Shown here one piece after another: positions 41,720 to 50,849 of a stretch of DNA of 64,000 bases (the first letter of the stretch is position 1; the number at the start of each line of letters is the position of its first letter). The stretch is from the NCBI GenBank assembly GCA_947173895.1, contig CAMWGU010000005.1, forward strand, positions 3,579-67,578, read 5' to 3'. Position numbers and translations under genes: made by a program. The notes under the pieces were generated by a model. That model made no database searches, was not told the DNA's origin, and saw only the letters and a program-made list of their open reading frames with translations. This stretch comes from an uncultured Bacteroides sp. Lineage in GTDB: Bacteria; Bacteroidota; Bacteroidia; Bacteroidales; Bacteroidaceae.

Positions 41720-43372
41720 CTAAAAGAACAAAGAAAATCCGGCCAGGACATTCAGTTTTTCAGCAGGATAACCATATTCGTAAGTATAGCTTTTGTTCAG
41801 CAAATTATTGATTTGTGCAAAAACAGAGATTTGAGGAAGGAACTCATAGCGAGCCCCTGCATATAGATTGCTGACCGGAGCTATTTGTGCTTCCTTGCGC
41901 TTTACATATTCATAGCCCGCATGAATGTTCAGTCCCTCAAAAACACGCGCATCTGCCCGGAAGTCCAGCTCCAGTTTGGGTTTACGCAATGCGATGTCTT
42001 CGCTTCCAGTCCAATTGCCATCCGCTTCCCAATTATAATAGACTCCCTTCGCCCGGAAGCCGAAGAGATCTTTATAATCATACTTTACCTCGGCACCGGC
42101 ATAGGCCGCCTTCGCCTTGTCGTCACAGAAAAAAGTCTTTCCCAGCGACAAATTGCTAAACAATTCGTTCTTACTAATCCGATAACCGCCAAACACATTG
42201 AACCACAATCCATTCACGGGAGAGGCTTTCAATCCTGCCTTGGCATCGGCCGACACATACGTATCGGGCAGCGAATGATACATGTACCAATAAGGAGACA
42301 AAGCATTCAGCCGATGAAAATCGTTCAGTTCGCGCCCGCCCAAAGCATGGACATAAAATACATAGCTGTCCGAGAATATGCATTCCAATTTCACGTCAGG
42401 AGCCACATCCACACCGCTATCTTCGCCCGATCGCCAGTCTACATGAGCACCCAGGCGCAAGTGCCAGGTGTCGCTTTCCAGCATATAATAAGGATTCAGA
42501 CACAAGGAAGTGCGATCATTCATCACACTATCCTCCGAATACATCAGATTATCCATCTGAAAAGCAATACCTATCCGCTGTTCATCCGACAGTTTTCCCC
42601 ACACATCGCCCAAGGTATGAATCTTGGTTTCATTGCCAAACTCAGTGGCATTAGTATACATCACAGGATGTTTCACCCCGAAATATTGCAAACCGGTCTG
42701 TATACGGAACTGTACAGGCAACGACTCGTCATGCGAAGACAGCCCTACATGAAAATCGCCCGATGTATGGGTCTGATGGGCCGAAGCCTGTATATCTTCG
42801 TTGTCCGACACAGGCATATAGTTGAAAGTCTGCGAACCCAGTTTCCCACCTAAGTCCAATGTAAACCGGCTGAAGGTATGCGAATAGTCCAGATTAAACC
42901 GCGAACGATAGAAACGAGATTTCCAGTCTTCCTCTCGCCAGTCTTTCAGTGTTCCGTTCATACCATCCAAAGACACTCCCACTTTCAGGCGGTCGGCCGA
43001 AGTAATATCCCACAGGTATCCTGCTTTAAGATCCACGTTCCCATAGTTTCCGTAGCCGGCACGAACATATCCACGCCTTGCCCGATTCAAAGGCCATTCG
43101 CGGGCAATAGGAGACATATTTTCGTATCCCCATGCCGACACGGGACACAAGGCCGTAGCATATTCAATTCCTTTTTTCACTACGGCCGGTTCCTCTACCC
43201 GAGGAAGAACGTTTATCTTCGAAGCATCCATGATATGAGGATTGTACTCATTCTCCACCACTACCGTGCGGTTCAACGTACTATCTTGCTGCGCATATAC
43301 GGCCGACAGAGGCAAAAAAGCCAGCATAATGGATAATGGGCAACGGGCAATAGATAATTTCTTACTTATCAT
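41720..43372 (-). CDS. Outer-membrane beta-barrel protein, TonB-dependent-receptor-like but short
   Basis: Signal peptide (..SAVYA-QQ), amphipathic strands, INNLLNKSY motif, C-terminal Phe; start set at MISKK (43372). Confidence 0.8.
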   Translation of the reverse strand: MISKKLSIARCPLSIMLAFLPLSAVYAQQDSTLNRTVVVENEYNPHIMDASKINVLPRVEEPAVVKKGIEYATALCPVSAWGYENMSPIAREWPLNRARRGYVRAGYGNYGNVDLKAGYLWDITSADRLKVGVSLDGMNGTLKDWREEDWKSRFYRSRFNLDYSHTFSRFTLDLGGKLGSQTFNYMPVSDNEDIQASAHQTHTSGDFHVGLSSHDESLPVQFRIQTGLQYFGVKHPVMYTNATEFGNETKIHTLGDVWGKLSDEQRIGIAFQMDNLMYSEDSVMNDRTSLCLNPYYMLESDTWHLRLGAHVDWRSGEDSGVDVAPDVKLECIFSDSYVFYVHALGGRELNDFHRLNALSPYWYMYHSLPDTYVSADAKAGLKASPVNGLWFNVFGGYRISKNELFSNLSLGKTFFCDDKAKAAYAGAEVKYDYKDLFGFRAKGVYYNWEADGNWTGSEDIALRKPKLELDFRADARVFEGLNIHAGYEYVKRKEAQIAPVSNLYAGARYEFLPQISVFAQINNLLNKSYTYEYGYPAEKLNVLAGFSLFF

Positions 43373-43395
43373 ATTCAGCACTTAATTTTAAATTC

Positions 43396-46299
43396 TTATT
43401 TCTCATTTTTCAATTTCTCAAGTCTGCTTTCAATCATTCCGGCAATATCATCGTCGGCCTGATAATTTTGTTGCAAGGAAAGCAAATACTGCTTGGCATC
43501 CAAATTACGTTCCAACTTCATATATACATCGGCCAGCAACACAAAGCTACGCGCCAGCCAATAAGTGTGAGGCGTACTGACCTCAATATAATTCAGCACT
43601 TCCTGTTCGGCCTGTTCTGTCTGTCCACCGTCAAAATAAAGCTGGGCCACCTTATACTTGGCTTCTGCCCCATACACATTACGGGTATCCTTAGCCAACA
43701 CGTTCAAGTCGGCCATGGCAGCTTCCATTTTTCCGGCAGCCAGATAAGCTTTTGCCCGGTAATAATGGGCTTCGTTGAACAACTCCGGTGCCAGTTTAGC
43801 ATCAGCCAGCAAATCGGTTGCGGCAAGAATAATCTCCTCACCGTTATCCAAGCCGTATGCACTACGCAATATGCCGGTCAGAGCAAGCTGACGGCGCTCC
43901 GCCGAACCGGCCTTGCCCTTCAGCTGCTGATAAACATGCAAGGCTTTCTCATAATCTCTTGCCGTATAAGCCATCTCGGCACTCATCAGCATAGCCTCCT
44001 CGGAATATTTGTTATCGGGATATTCCAGCACTTTGTCTAAATGGGCGGCCGCACTCTCGAACGCTTGCCGGGTATAATCGATCAATCCGATATAATAGTT
44101 GGCATTCAGGCTGAACGCTCCCTCGGAAAACGTCTGTAAATAGCGGGTAAAACTGTTACGGGCCTCGCCCACCTCGCCACGCATATATACCCTTTCGGCA
44201 GCCACGTAGGTCAGCGAATCACGTTCGTTCACATCAAAATTGGCTCCGCCCGGAATGGTAGAAGCAAAGTCGGCATATTCGTCCACCTTGTTCAGGTCGA
44301 TATAGATAGACTTCAGGTCGCGCTGGGCCAGACGGGCTTCTTCACTGCCCGGATAGTGGGCGATAACCTGCTTATAAGCCTGAATCGCTTCAGGATATTT
44401 GTCATCCTGATAGTACAGCAAACCTATCTCATTGGCCGCACGACGTGCGACATGGCTTTCCGGGAATCTTGTCACCAGCACATTGAAGCGGGCAATGGCA
44501 TTGGCGTTATCCTCCATCTGTACAAAGGCACGGCCCTGCTCATACAGAGCCTCATCCATGTATTGCGATTCAGGATAGTCCGAGATCAGGCGGTTCAGTA
44601 TCTGAACCTTTCCATTATAATCGCGTTGCAATCCCCGCACAAATGCTTCCTGATACAAGGAATAATCACCCAGCGACGGATCTATCTCCACCGCACGGGT
44701 GTAATCCTGACGAGCTTGTTCAAAATGGCGGTTATAAAAGTTACAGTCACCTATGCGGTTATAGGCATCCGCCTGCATGGCGCGCTCGTTAGCATTTCCT
44801 CTGTCGACAAAACGGGTCAGCCATGTAGCTGCATTGGCATAATTCTTTTGTTTGAAATACGTATATCCCAGGTTATAAAGAGCCAAGCCGTATTCCTGTC
44901 CGTTCTTGTCAGTAGCAAACTCCAGGTACTGACGGTAGTCATTGCCCGCCTGCGTGAAACGGTCCAGACGATAATTCGACTCTCCTCTCCAGAAATAAGC
45001 TGCCGCTTTTGTCTCCTGACTATATTGTCCCACAGATAGCGACTGGTTGAAGTAATCCAGTGCTTCTTGGAAATGTGCATTTGCAAAAGCCTGTGTACCC
45101 AGCCGGAACAAAATCTTCTGTTTGGCTTCCATGATGCGCGTTCCCGGCCGTTCTATCTTTGCGATAGATTTCAAAGCTGCTTCATAACTACGCGTATTCA
45201 TATACACCTCTATCAGATAGTCATTGACACGCTCCGTATAAGGCGATTTGGGAAACTCATTCAGAAAACGCTCAAACACAGTCACCGATTCGGCAAACGG
45301 AGAATAAGAGGTTTCATGAATACAGAGGGCATAATTATAAAGAGCCTGTTCTTTCACTTTCAGATCCCAGTCGGAACCTGCCGCTTGCTCGAATGACATA
45401 CGCGCCTGGTTCCGTTCCTTCAGGTTCAGGTAAGCCAGCCCCATGTGCAAATAAGCATTTTGCGACAAGGCGTCGTGTTCCGAAGTTGTCTCGCCCAATG
45501 TGGCAGCGGCCTTGGAATAAACGCCGGTATAATAATAGCTCATACCCAACTCATACAGAGCCTTGCGTCCGGGCAGGGAAACCTTTCCGCGGTATTTCTC
45601 CAAAGAAGAGGCCGCTGCCTGATAATCATTCAGCCCGAAACACGCCTCACCCAAAATACGTTCCATCTGAGGAACGTTTTCTTCGGCCGGATAATGTGCC
45701 AGATAAGTCTCCGCCACCTCACGCGCCTGCCTGTAGCTGCCTTGCAATAAATGAATCTCGCCTATATAATAAGGGACCAACACTGCATACACGGCATCAT
45801 TCTGCAAAGACCGGAAACTTTCCAGTGCCTTGTCATACCGTTTCTCCGCATAGTCAATGTAAGCCAAATTATAGATCGCATGCTCCCGATAGAGCGGACT
45901 CACTTCTTTCAGCAAAGTAAACCAGACGGCAGCTTCGCGCAGATCACCCTCCTTCAGATAAGCATCGGCCAGACGCATAGCGCAATCATCTCTTTCCTTA
46001 TCGGGCAAAGCCTCTAAATCACACGATTGGAACATGGCAATGGCCTCTTTGTATTTCCCTTCCATAAAATAGGCGGAAGCCATCAGCGACAACACTCTGT
46101 TTTTATGGCGTGAATCGGGGTATTTGTCCAGATAAGCCTGCAACAGCTCCATGCTATCTCCCCCTTTCAATTCATACTCCCGGCACACCCGGTGGTATTC
46201 CTTGTCACCTGCCACATCCTGGGGAATGATTTGCTGTGCCATTCCCTGCAAGGAACAGCTCCCCATCAATGCAGCCATCAATAAGGTCTTCTTTTTCAT
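43396..46299 (-). CDS. Large exported tetratricopeptide-repeat protein
   Basis: Signal peptide, many TPR units, repeated YP(D/E/K)S turns of BamD/CpoB type. Confidence 0.9.
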   Translation of the reverse strand: MKKKTLLMAALMGSCSLQGMAQQIIPQDVAGDKEYHRVCREYELKGGDSMELLQAYLDKYPDSRHKNRVLSLMASAYFMEGKYKEAIAMFQSCDLEALPDKERDDCAMRLADAYLKEGDLREAAVWFTLLKEVSPLYREHAIYNLAYIDYAEKRYDKALESFRSLQNDAVYAVLVPYYIGEIHLLQGSYRQAREVAETYLAHYPAEENVPQMERILGEACFGLNDYQAAASSLEKYRGKVSLPGRKALYELGMSYYYTGVYSKAAATLGETTSEHDALSQNAYLHMGLAYLNLKERNQARMSFEQAAGSDWDLKVKEQALYNYALCIHETSYSPFAESVTVFERFLNEFPKSPYTERVNDYLIEVYMNTRSYEAALKSIAKIERPGTRIMEAKQKILFRLGTQAFANAHFQEALDYFNQSLSVGQYSQETKAAAYFWRGESNYRLDRFTQAGNDYRQYLEFATDKNGQEYGLALYNLGYTYFKQKNYANAATWLTRFVDRGNANERAMQADAYNRIGDCNFYNRHFEQARQDYTRAVEIDPSLGDYSLYQEAFVRGLQRDYNGKVQILNRLISDYPESQYMDEALYEQGRAFVQMEDNANAIARFNVLVTRFPESHVARRAANEIGLLYYQDDKYPEAIQAYKQVIAHYPGSEEARLAQRDLKSIYIDLNKVDEYADFASTIPGGANFDVNERDSLTYVAAERVYMRGEVGEARNSFTRYLQTFSEGAFSLNANYYIGLIDYTRQAFESAAAHLDKVLEYPDNKYSEEAMLMSAEMAYTARDYEKALHVYQQLKGKAGSAERRQLALTGILRSAYGLDNGEEIILAATDLLADAKLAPELFNEAHYYRAKAYLAAGKMEAAMADLNVLAKDTRNVYGAEAKYKVAQLYFDGGQTEQAEQEVLNYIEVSTPHTYWLARSFVLLADVYMKLERNLDAKQYLLSLQQNYQADDDIAGMIESRLEKLKNEK

Positions 46300-46308
46300 A
46301 TCTTCTGA

Positions 46309-46833
46309 TTAAAATTTATGTTCTTTTAAAAAACGTCTGACTCCTTCGCGCACAGAATCCAGCCCGAACGCCTCGGGATCTACCTTGTCCAGCGGCACCC
46401 AAAAAGAGTCCGCCACATCATCCATCGCCTCGATCCGCTCCGTATCCTTCACCTTACAAAGGAAAAACTGGTCTAACGTATGCACCAGAAAACCCGAATA
46501 AAGATACGTATTGGGCAAAGAAAACAGATAGACAGCCTGCTCCACCAACAGGCCGGTCTCCTCGCGCACCTCACGCGCCACGCCTTCTTCTCCGGTCTCA
46601 AACCTATCGACAAAACCGCCGGACAGATCCAGAGTCCCCTTAGCCGGTTCTTTGCCTCGCCGGCACACCAGCAGTTCGCCTTTATCATTCAATATAAACG
46701 CCACAGTGGCGGCACTTGAATTGAAATAATACACAAAGCCGCAATCGGCACAACGTTTTGATTTCTCGTTGTTCACTTCGAAGCGCGGCGAACCACACTC
46801 CGGACAGTATCTGAATAGCTCCAACGGATGCAT
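46309..46833 (-). CDS. NUDIX hydrolase with zinc-ribbon N-terminus (NudC-like)
   Basis: CPECG, CADCG, GGFVDRFETGEEGVAREVREETG Nudix box. Confidence 0.9.
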   Translation of the reverse strand: MHPLELFRYCPECGSPRFEVNNEKSKRCADCGFVYYFNSSAATVAFILNDKGELLVCRRGKEPAKGTLDLSGGFVDRFETGEEGVAREVREETGLLVEQAVYLFSLPNTYLYSGFLVHTLDQFFLCKVKDTERIEAMDDVADSFWVPLDKVDPEAFGLDSVREGVRRFLKEHKF

Positions 46834-46861
46834 AATAACTCCTTTCTAAATATAGACACCG

Positions 46862-46869
46862 CAAAGATA
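46862..46869 (-). promoter_or_regulatory. -7 box for the NUDIX-TPR-barrel operon
   Basis: Reverse complement is TATCTTTG. Confidence 0.6.
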
Positions 46870-46968
46870 ACGTAAATGACAGATAATTCATTAATTAAAT
46901 CTAAAATAAGAAAGATAAAACATATTTGTTAGTACTTTTGTTATGAAAACAAAATATAAAAACCTGTT

Positions 46969-47373
46969 ATGCTGCAACGAGACTACATCCTCCGGTTGGC
47001 TCGACAATTTGTCGAAGCACTGGAAAAACTAGTGGAAGAAAGAAAGAAAAAAGACGATACTGAACTGCAATTACAGTTTCAAAGCATTTACCGCGCCTAT
47101 TTCAATCACCCTCACACCTTTTATTACGACCAAGATGCGGAATACATACTGAACGACCTGGGACAAAACTATGAAGGCGAAGAACTGCTGGTCCGCATCG
47201 ACATGCTGTCCGAGCTTCTTTATCAGGACGCCTTGTTGAAAGCTCCCGCCGAGCAACACTTTTTGTTAAAAAAATCACTCTTCCTGCTGAAGTATATGGA
47301 CGAACACAGCGACACGTTCTCTTTAGAAAGAAGAAGGAAAATCAGCGAAATAGAAGAAAAGATAGGTTATTAG
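46969..47373 (+). CDS. Conserved hypothetical all-helical protein
   Basis: 134-aa ORF (MLQRDYILRL...) with its own downstream terminator. Confidence 0.75.
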   Translation: MLQRDYILRLARQFVEALEKLVEERKKKDDTELQLQFQSIYRAYFNHPHTFYYDQDAEYILNDLGQNYEGEELLVRIDMLSELLYQDALLKAPAEQHFLLKKSLFLLKYMDEHSDTFSLERRRKISEIEEKIGY

Positions 47374-47382
47374 CCTCTCATC

Positions 47383-47414
47383 ACCTGCTTTTTTTCAATG
47401 GAAGCAGGTTTTTT
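47383..47414 (+). terminator. Intrinsic terminator
   Basis: ACCTGCTT...AAGCAGGT followed by a T run. Confidence 0.7.
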
Positions 47415-47489
47415 CATGCATAATAGCAGATAAATTAAAAAAAATCCCTATATTTGCTTACAAATTGACAACATCAAAATCAGTATATT

Positions 47490-47951
47490 ATGGAAAAAAT
47501 TGATAGTCTTGACAGACAAATACTGGAAATTATATCCCAAAATGCCCGCATCCCGTTCAAAGATGTCGCAGCAGAATGTGGCGTCTCGCGTGCTGCCATC
47601 CACCAGCGTGTGCAAAGATTAATTGATTTGGGCGTCATTATCGGTTCAGGATACCACGTCAACCCTAAAAGCCTGGGATACAGAACCTGTACGTATGTAG
47701 GAATCAAACTGGAAAAAGGCTCTATGTATAAGAACGTAGTGGCCGAACTAAAGAGAATCCCCGAGATAGTGGAATGTCATTTCACCACAGGTCCGTATAC
47801 CATGCTGACCAAACTCTATTCACGCGATAACGAACACCTGATGGACTTGCTTAATTCAAAAATCCAGGAAATTCCCGGCGTGACAGCCACCGAGACCCTT
47901 ATCTCACTAGAACAAAGCATCAAGAAAGAAATCCCCATTCAAAGCAAGTAA
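47490..47951 (+). CDS. Lrp/AsnC-family transcriptional regulator
   Basis: IDSLDRQILEIISQNARIPF HTH; IVECHFTTGPY RAM domain; TATATTTG -7 box at 47449-47456. Confidence 0.94.
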   Translation: MEKIDSLDRQILEIISQNARIPFKDVAAECGVSRAAIHQRVQRLIDLGVIIGSGYHVNPKSLGYRTCTYVGIKLEKGSMYKNVVAELKRIPEIVECHFTTGPYTMLTKLYSRDNEHLMDLLNSKIQEIPGVTATETLISLEQSIKKEIPIQSK

Positions 47952-47955
47952 AAAC

Positions 47956-48270
47956 ATGGAATGGCTAAACGAATACCATCTAAGCGGAATAGCCATCGGC
48001 ATCTGTACCTTTTTAATAATCGGCCTTTTCCATCCCATTGTAGTCAAGGCCGAATATTACTGGGGAACGCGTTGCTGGTGGGCATTCTTGGTCTCAGGCA
48101 TGGCAGGCATTATGGGCAGCATGCTTGTTGATGACATTTTGTTCTCTTCCTTGTTGGGCGTCTTTTCTTTCTCTTCCTTCTGGACCATCAAGGAATTATT
48201 CGAGCAGCGCGAACGTGTACGAAAAGGCTGGTTCCCGATGAACCCGAAACGCAAGCACGAATATGAATAG
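47956..48270 (+). CDS. DUF4491-family membrane protein
   Basis: IIGLFHPIVVKAEYYWG and ELFEQRERVRKGWFP(M)NPKR. Confidence 0.85.
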   Translation: MEWLNEYHLSGIAIGICTFLIIGLFHPIVVKAEYYWGTRCWWAFLVSGMAGIMGSMLVDDILFSSLLGVFSFSSFWTIKELFEQRERVRKGWFPMNPKRKHEYE

Positions 48271-48354
48271 GATGTCACTTCTGACAAGGCCTTCTCTGTC
48301 TTCAGCATATAGCCGCTCCCTTTCTACCTACAGCACAACAGCATGCAATGCGGC

Positions 48355-48406
48355 ATCAATCGCCTGCAAATGAATCGGGGCTGCACACCATTTGCAGACG
48401 GGTGAT
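48355..48406. repeat. Imperfect 18-bp inverted repeat
   Basis: ATCAATCGCCTGCAAATG-N16-CATTTGCAGACGGGTGAT (3 mismatches). Confidence 0.75.
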
Positions 48407-48563
48407 ACCGGAACAGCTTCTCCAAGCTCCTTTGTCCCTGCATTCCGCACTAGAGCCAAAATCATTTTATCATTCTCCATAGATATCCACTATGCGGACC
48501 AGTTCGTACAGAAACAGGGCGATCAGTCCTTTCTACCCCCAAAGTAAGCTTTTTGATGCGGCA

Positions 48564-48709
48564 GGCTAAGCGGTTTCTTACGGCCTACATCTACTGCCGC
48601 CCATGGACGGTTGTACAGCCGCCCGCGGTAGGTCGTACAACCGACCACGATGGGTCGTACAGCCGTCCATGGGCGGCAATAGATGCAGGCCGTATAAAAC
48701 CGCTTAGCC
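48564..48709. repeat. 146-bp fold-back element: 53-bp arms plus a 22-bp-periodic core
   Basis: 48564-48616 versus reverse complement of 48657-48709: 48 of 53 match. GTACA(G/A)CCG starts at 48613, 48635 and 48657. Confidence 0.92.
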
Positions 48710-48766
48710 ATAAGGCAAAAAAGGTTTAGGGATAAGTTTCTGAGCTTTTATCGGATGAATTTGAAT

Positions 48767-49455
48767 TCAATGCACTGAGGTATTTATTGTATCACCTCCG
48801 TCAACGGCACACTGCATATTCTCGCCTAATGTCTGTGGATTCTTGGCTTTGGTTATACTCGTAGTTGAAAGTTCTGCCAACATGGTAAGAACCAATTCTT
48901 CGTTGGTCATATTGTCGCGAAGGTTTTCCTTTTTCAAACCTTTAAATTGCTTATATTCCCTGGCCGTTTTTCCTGCCCATTGTTGATAGATTATATCTGT
49001 GAGCGTAGCATACTGGATGCCTTCCTCTACATTATGCAGTTTCCATTGGTCTGTGAGGTCTTTGCGGATTTCTATACTTTTTAGCCGTTGGTTTATCCAA
49101 TTGTCTGAATAGCCAAGTTTTTTGTAATCCATCATGGCCTGCTCGATGCTCAACTCAGGGTCTTGCATTTGGTCAAGGCGTTCGGATGCCACACACATGC
49201 CATCCATTGTTTGAGAGGCTCTGCCTTGGGAGACGGGATGGATTGGATGATACGGAAAAGGCTTTCTGCATCAGCAACATCCGTCAATCGCATTTTGCCA
49301 TCTTCAGCGCGTAGCTTCAACTGGTAACAGTTTGTCACCGGTTCAAAGCCCTCTTCTTTTAGACGCTGTTTCAGCTTATTCCAATATTTTCTTGCTGTTT
49401 GATAATCCTTACTCTCTGCAAGAATTCCAACCACATCAACTATGGAGAATCACTG
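48767..49455 (-). pseudogene. Bro-N-domain (phage antirepressor-like) pseudogene
   Basis: *FSIVDVVGILAES...YWNKLKQRL...LTDVAD..LFRIIQSIPSPKAEP, then a frameshift at (CA)4 49190-49197, then ASERLDQMQDPEL...NLRDNMT. N-terminus missing and C-terminus appears cut short. Confidence 0.85.
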
Positions 49456-49570
49456 TCTGCCGGCAAATTCAACCGTGCATTGTTGGCTGCTGCCATTATT
49501 CGATCCGATTTATCAGTTAACTTTCCAAATATAGAAAATAAATCTCATACACCTGTATAATTGAGAAAAC

Positions 49571-49602
49571 AAAAAGGGATGCACTCGCAATGAATGCACC
49601 CC
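49571..49602 (-). terminator. Terminator of the suf operon
   Basis: Minus strand GGGGTGCATTC-ATTGC-GAGTGCATCCC-TTTTT. Confidence 0.8.
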
Positions 49603-49628
49603 AGCTTTATTCTGCCCGACAGTATCTG

Positions 49629-50843
49629 CTAAAACATCCTGCTGACCCGCTCAATGCCGGCAGCCAAGACCTCAATTTCTTCTTTGGTATTATATAGGCC
49701 GAAAGAAGCACGTACCGTTCCTTCAATACCCAGACGAAGCATCAAAGGCTGCGCGCAATGATGTCCGGTGCGTACGGCAATGCCTAGCCGGTCGAGCAAT
49801 GTCCCCATATCCAAATGATGAATGTTCCCAACCAGAAAAGAGATCACCCCGCTCTTGTTACCGGCTTCTCCGAAAATACGCATTCCTTCTATCGCTTTCA
49901 GACGTTGCATGGCATATTGGGTCAGTTCATGTTCGTGAGCGGCAATATTCTCCATGCCAATAGCGGAAACATAATCCAAGGCCTTTGCCAAAGCGGTGGT
50001 ACCGATGTAATCGGGAGTTCCCGCCTCGAATTTAAAAGGCAGTTCATTGAACGTAGTTTTCTCGAAACTGACATTTTGTATCATCTCGCCTCCCCCTTGA
50101 TAAGGCGGGAGCTTGTCCAGCCATTCTTCCTTGCCATAAAGCACGCCTACACCGGTAGGACCATAAATCTTATGTCCGCTGAAAGCAAAAAAGTCTGCAT
50201 CCAGATCTTGCACATCCACCTTCATGTGTGGCACGCTCTGTGCCCCGTCAATCAGGACAGGAACACCATGTGCATGAGCTACTGCGATCATCTCTTTCAC
50301 CGGATTGACCGTACCCAGCACATTACTTACATGAACCAGGCTTACCAAACGGGTCCGGTCTGAGAATAACTTTTCATACTCGTCTGTCAGCAATTCTCCG
50401 CGGTCATTCATAGGTATCACCTTCAGGACAATTCCTTTACGGGCTGCCTGTAACTGCCAAGGCACGATATTGCTGTGATGCTCCATGACAGAGACTATCA
50501 CTTCATCCCCCTCCTTCATCCGGCTGTCGGCAAAGGAAGAAGCCAGCAAGTTGATGCTTTCTGTCGTTCCGCGCGTGAACACTATTTCGTTACTGCTGCG
50601 CGCATGGATAAAGCGACGCACCGTCTCACGGGAGGCCTCATGCAGTTCGGTGGCCTGTTGGGACAAGAAATGAACCCCACGATGCACGTTGGAATTGACC
50701 GAATAGTATTCATCGGTTATGGATTGAACTACCTGACGCGGCTTCTGAGTCGTAGCCCCATTATCCAAATAGACGAGCGGTCTGCCATACACTTCCCGAC
50801 TAAGTATCGGGAAATCTTCTCTTATTTTTTGTATATCGTACAT
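49629..50843 (-). CDS. sufS: Cysteine desulfurase SufS
   Basis: YLDNGATTQKP, SGHKIYGP (PLP lysine), EAGTP, RTGHHCAQP. Confidence 0.96.
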   Translation of the reverse strand: MYDIQKIREDFPILSREVYGRPLVYLDNGATTQKPRQVVQSITDEYYSVNSNVHRGVHFLSQQATELHEASRETVRRFIHARSSNEIVFTRGTTESINLLASSFADSRMKEGDEVIVSVMEHHSNIVPWQLQAARKGIVLKVIPMNDRGELLTDEYEKLFSDRTRLVSLVHVSNVLGTVNPVKEMIAVAHAHGVPVLIDGAQSVPHMKVDVQDLDADFFAFSGHKIYGPTGVGVLYGKEEWLDKLPPYQGGGEMIQNVSFEKTTFNELPFKFEAGTPDYIGTTALAKALDYVSAIGMENIAAHEHELTQYAMQRLKAIEGMRIFGEAGNKSGVISFLVGNIHHLDMGTLLDRLGIAVRTGHHCAQPLMLRLGIEGTVRASFGLYNTKEEIEVLAAGIERVSRMF

Positions 50844-50849
50844 GGCACT

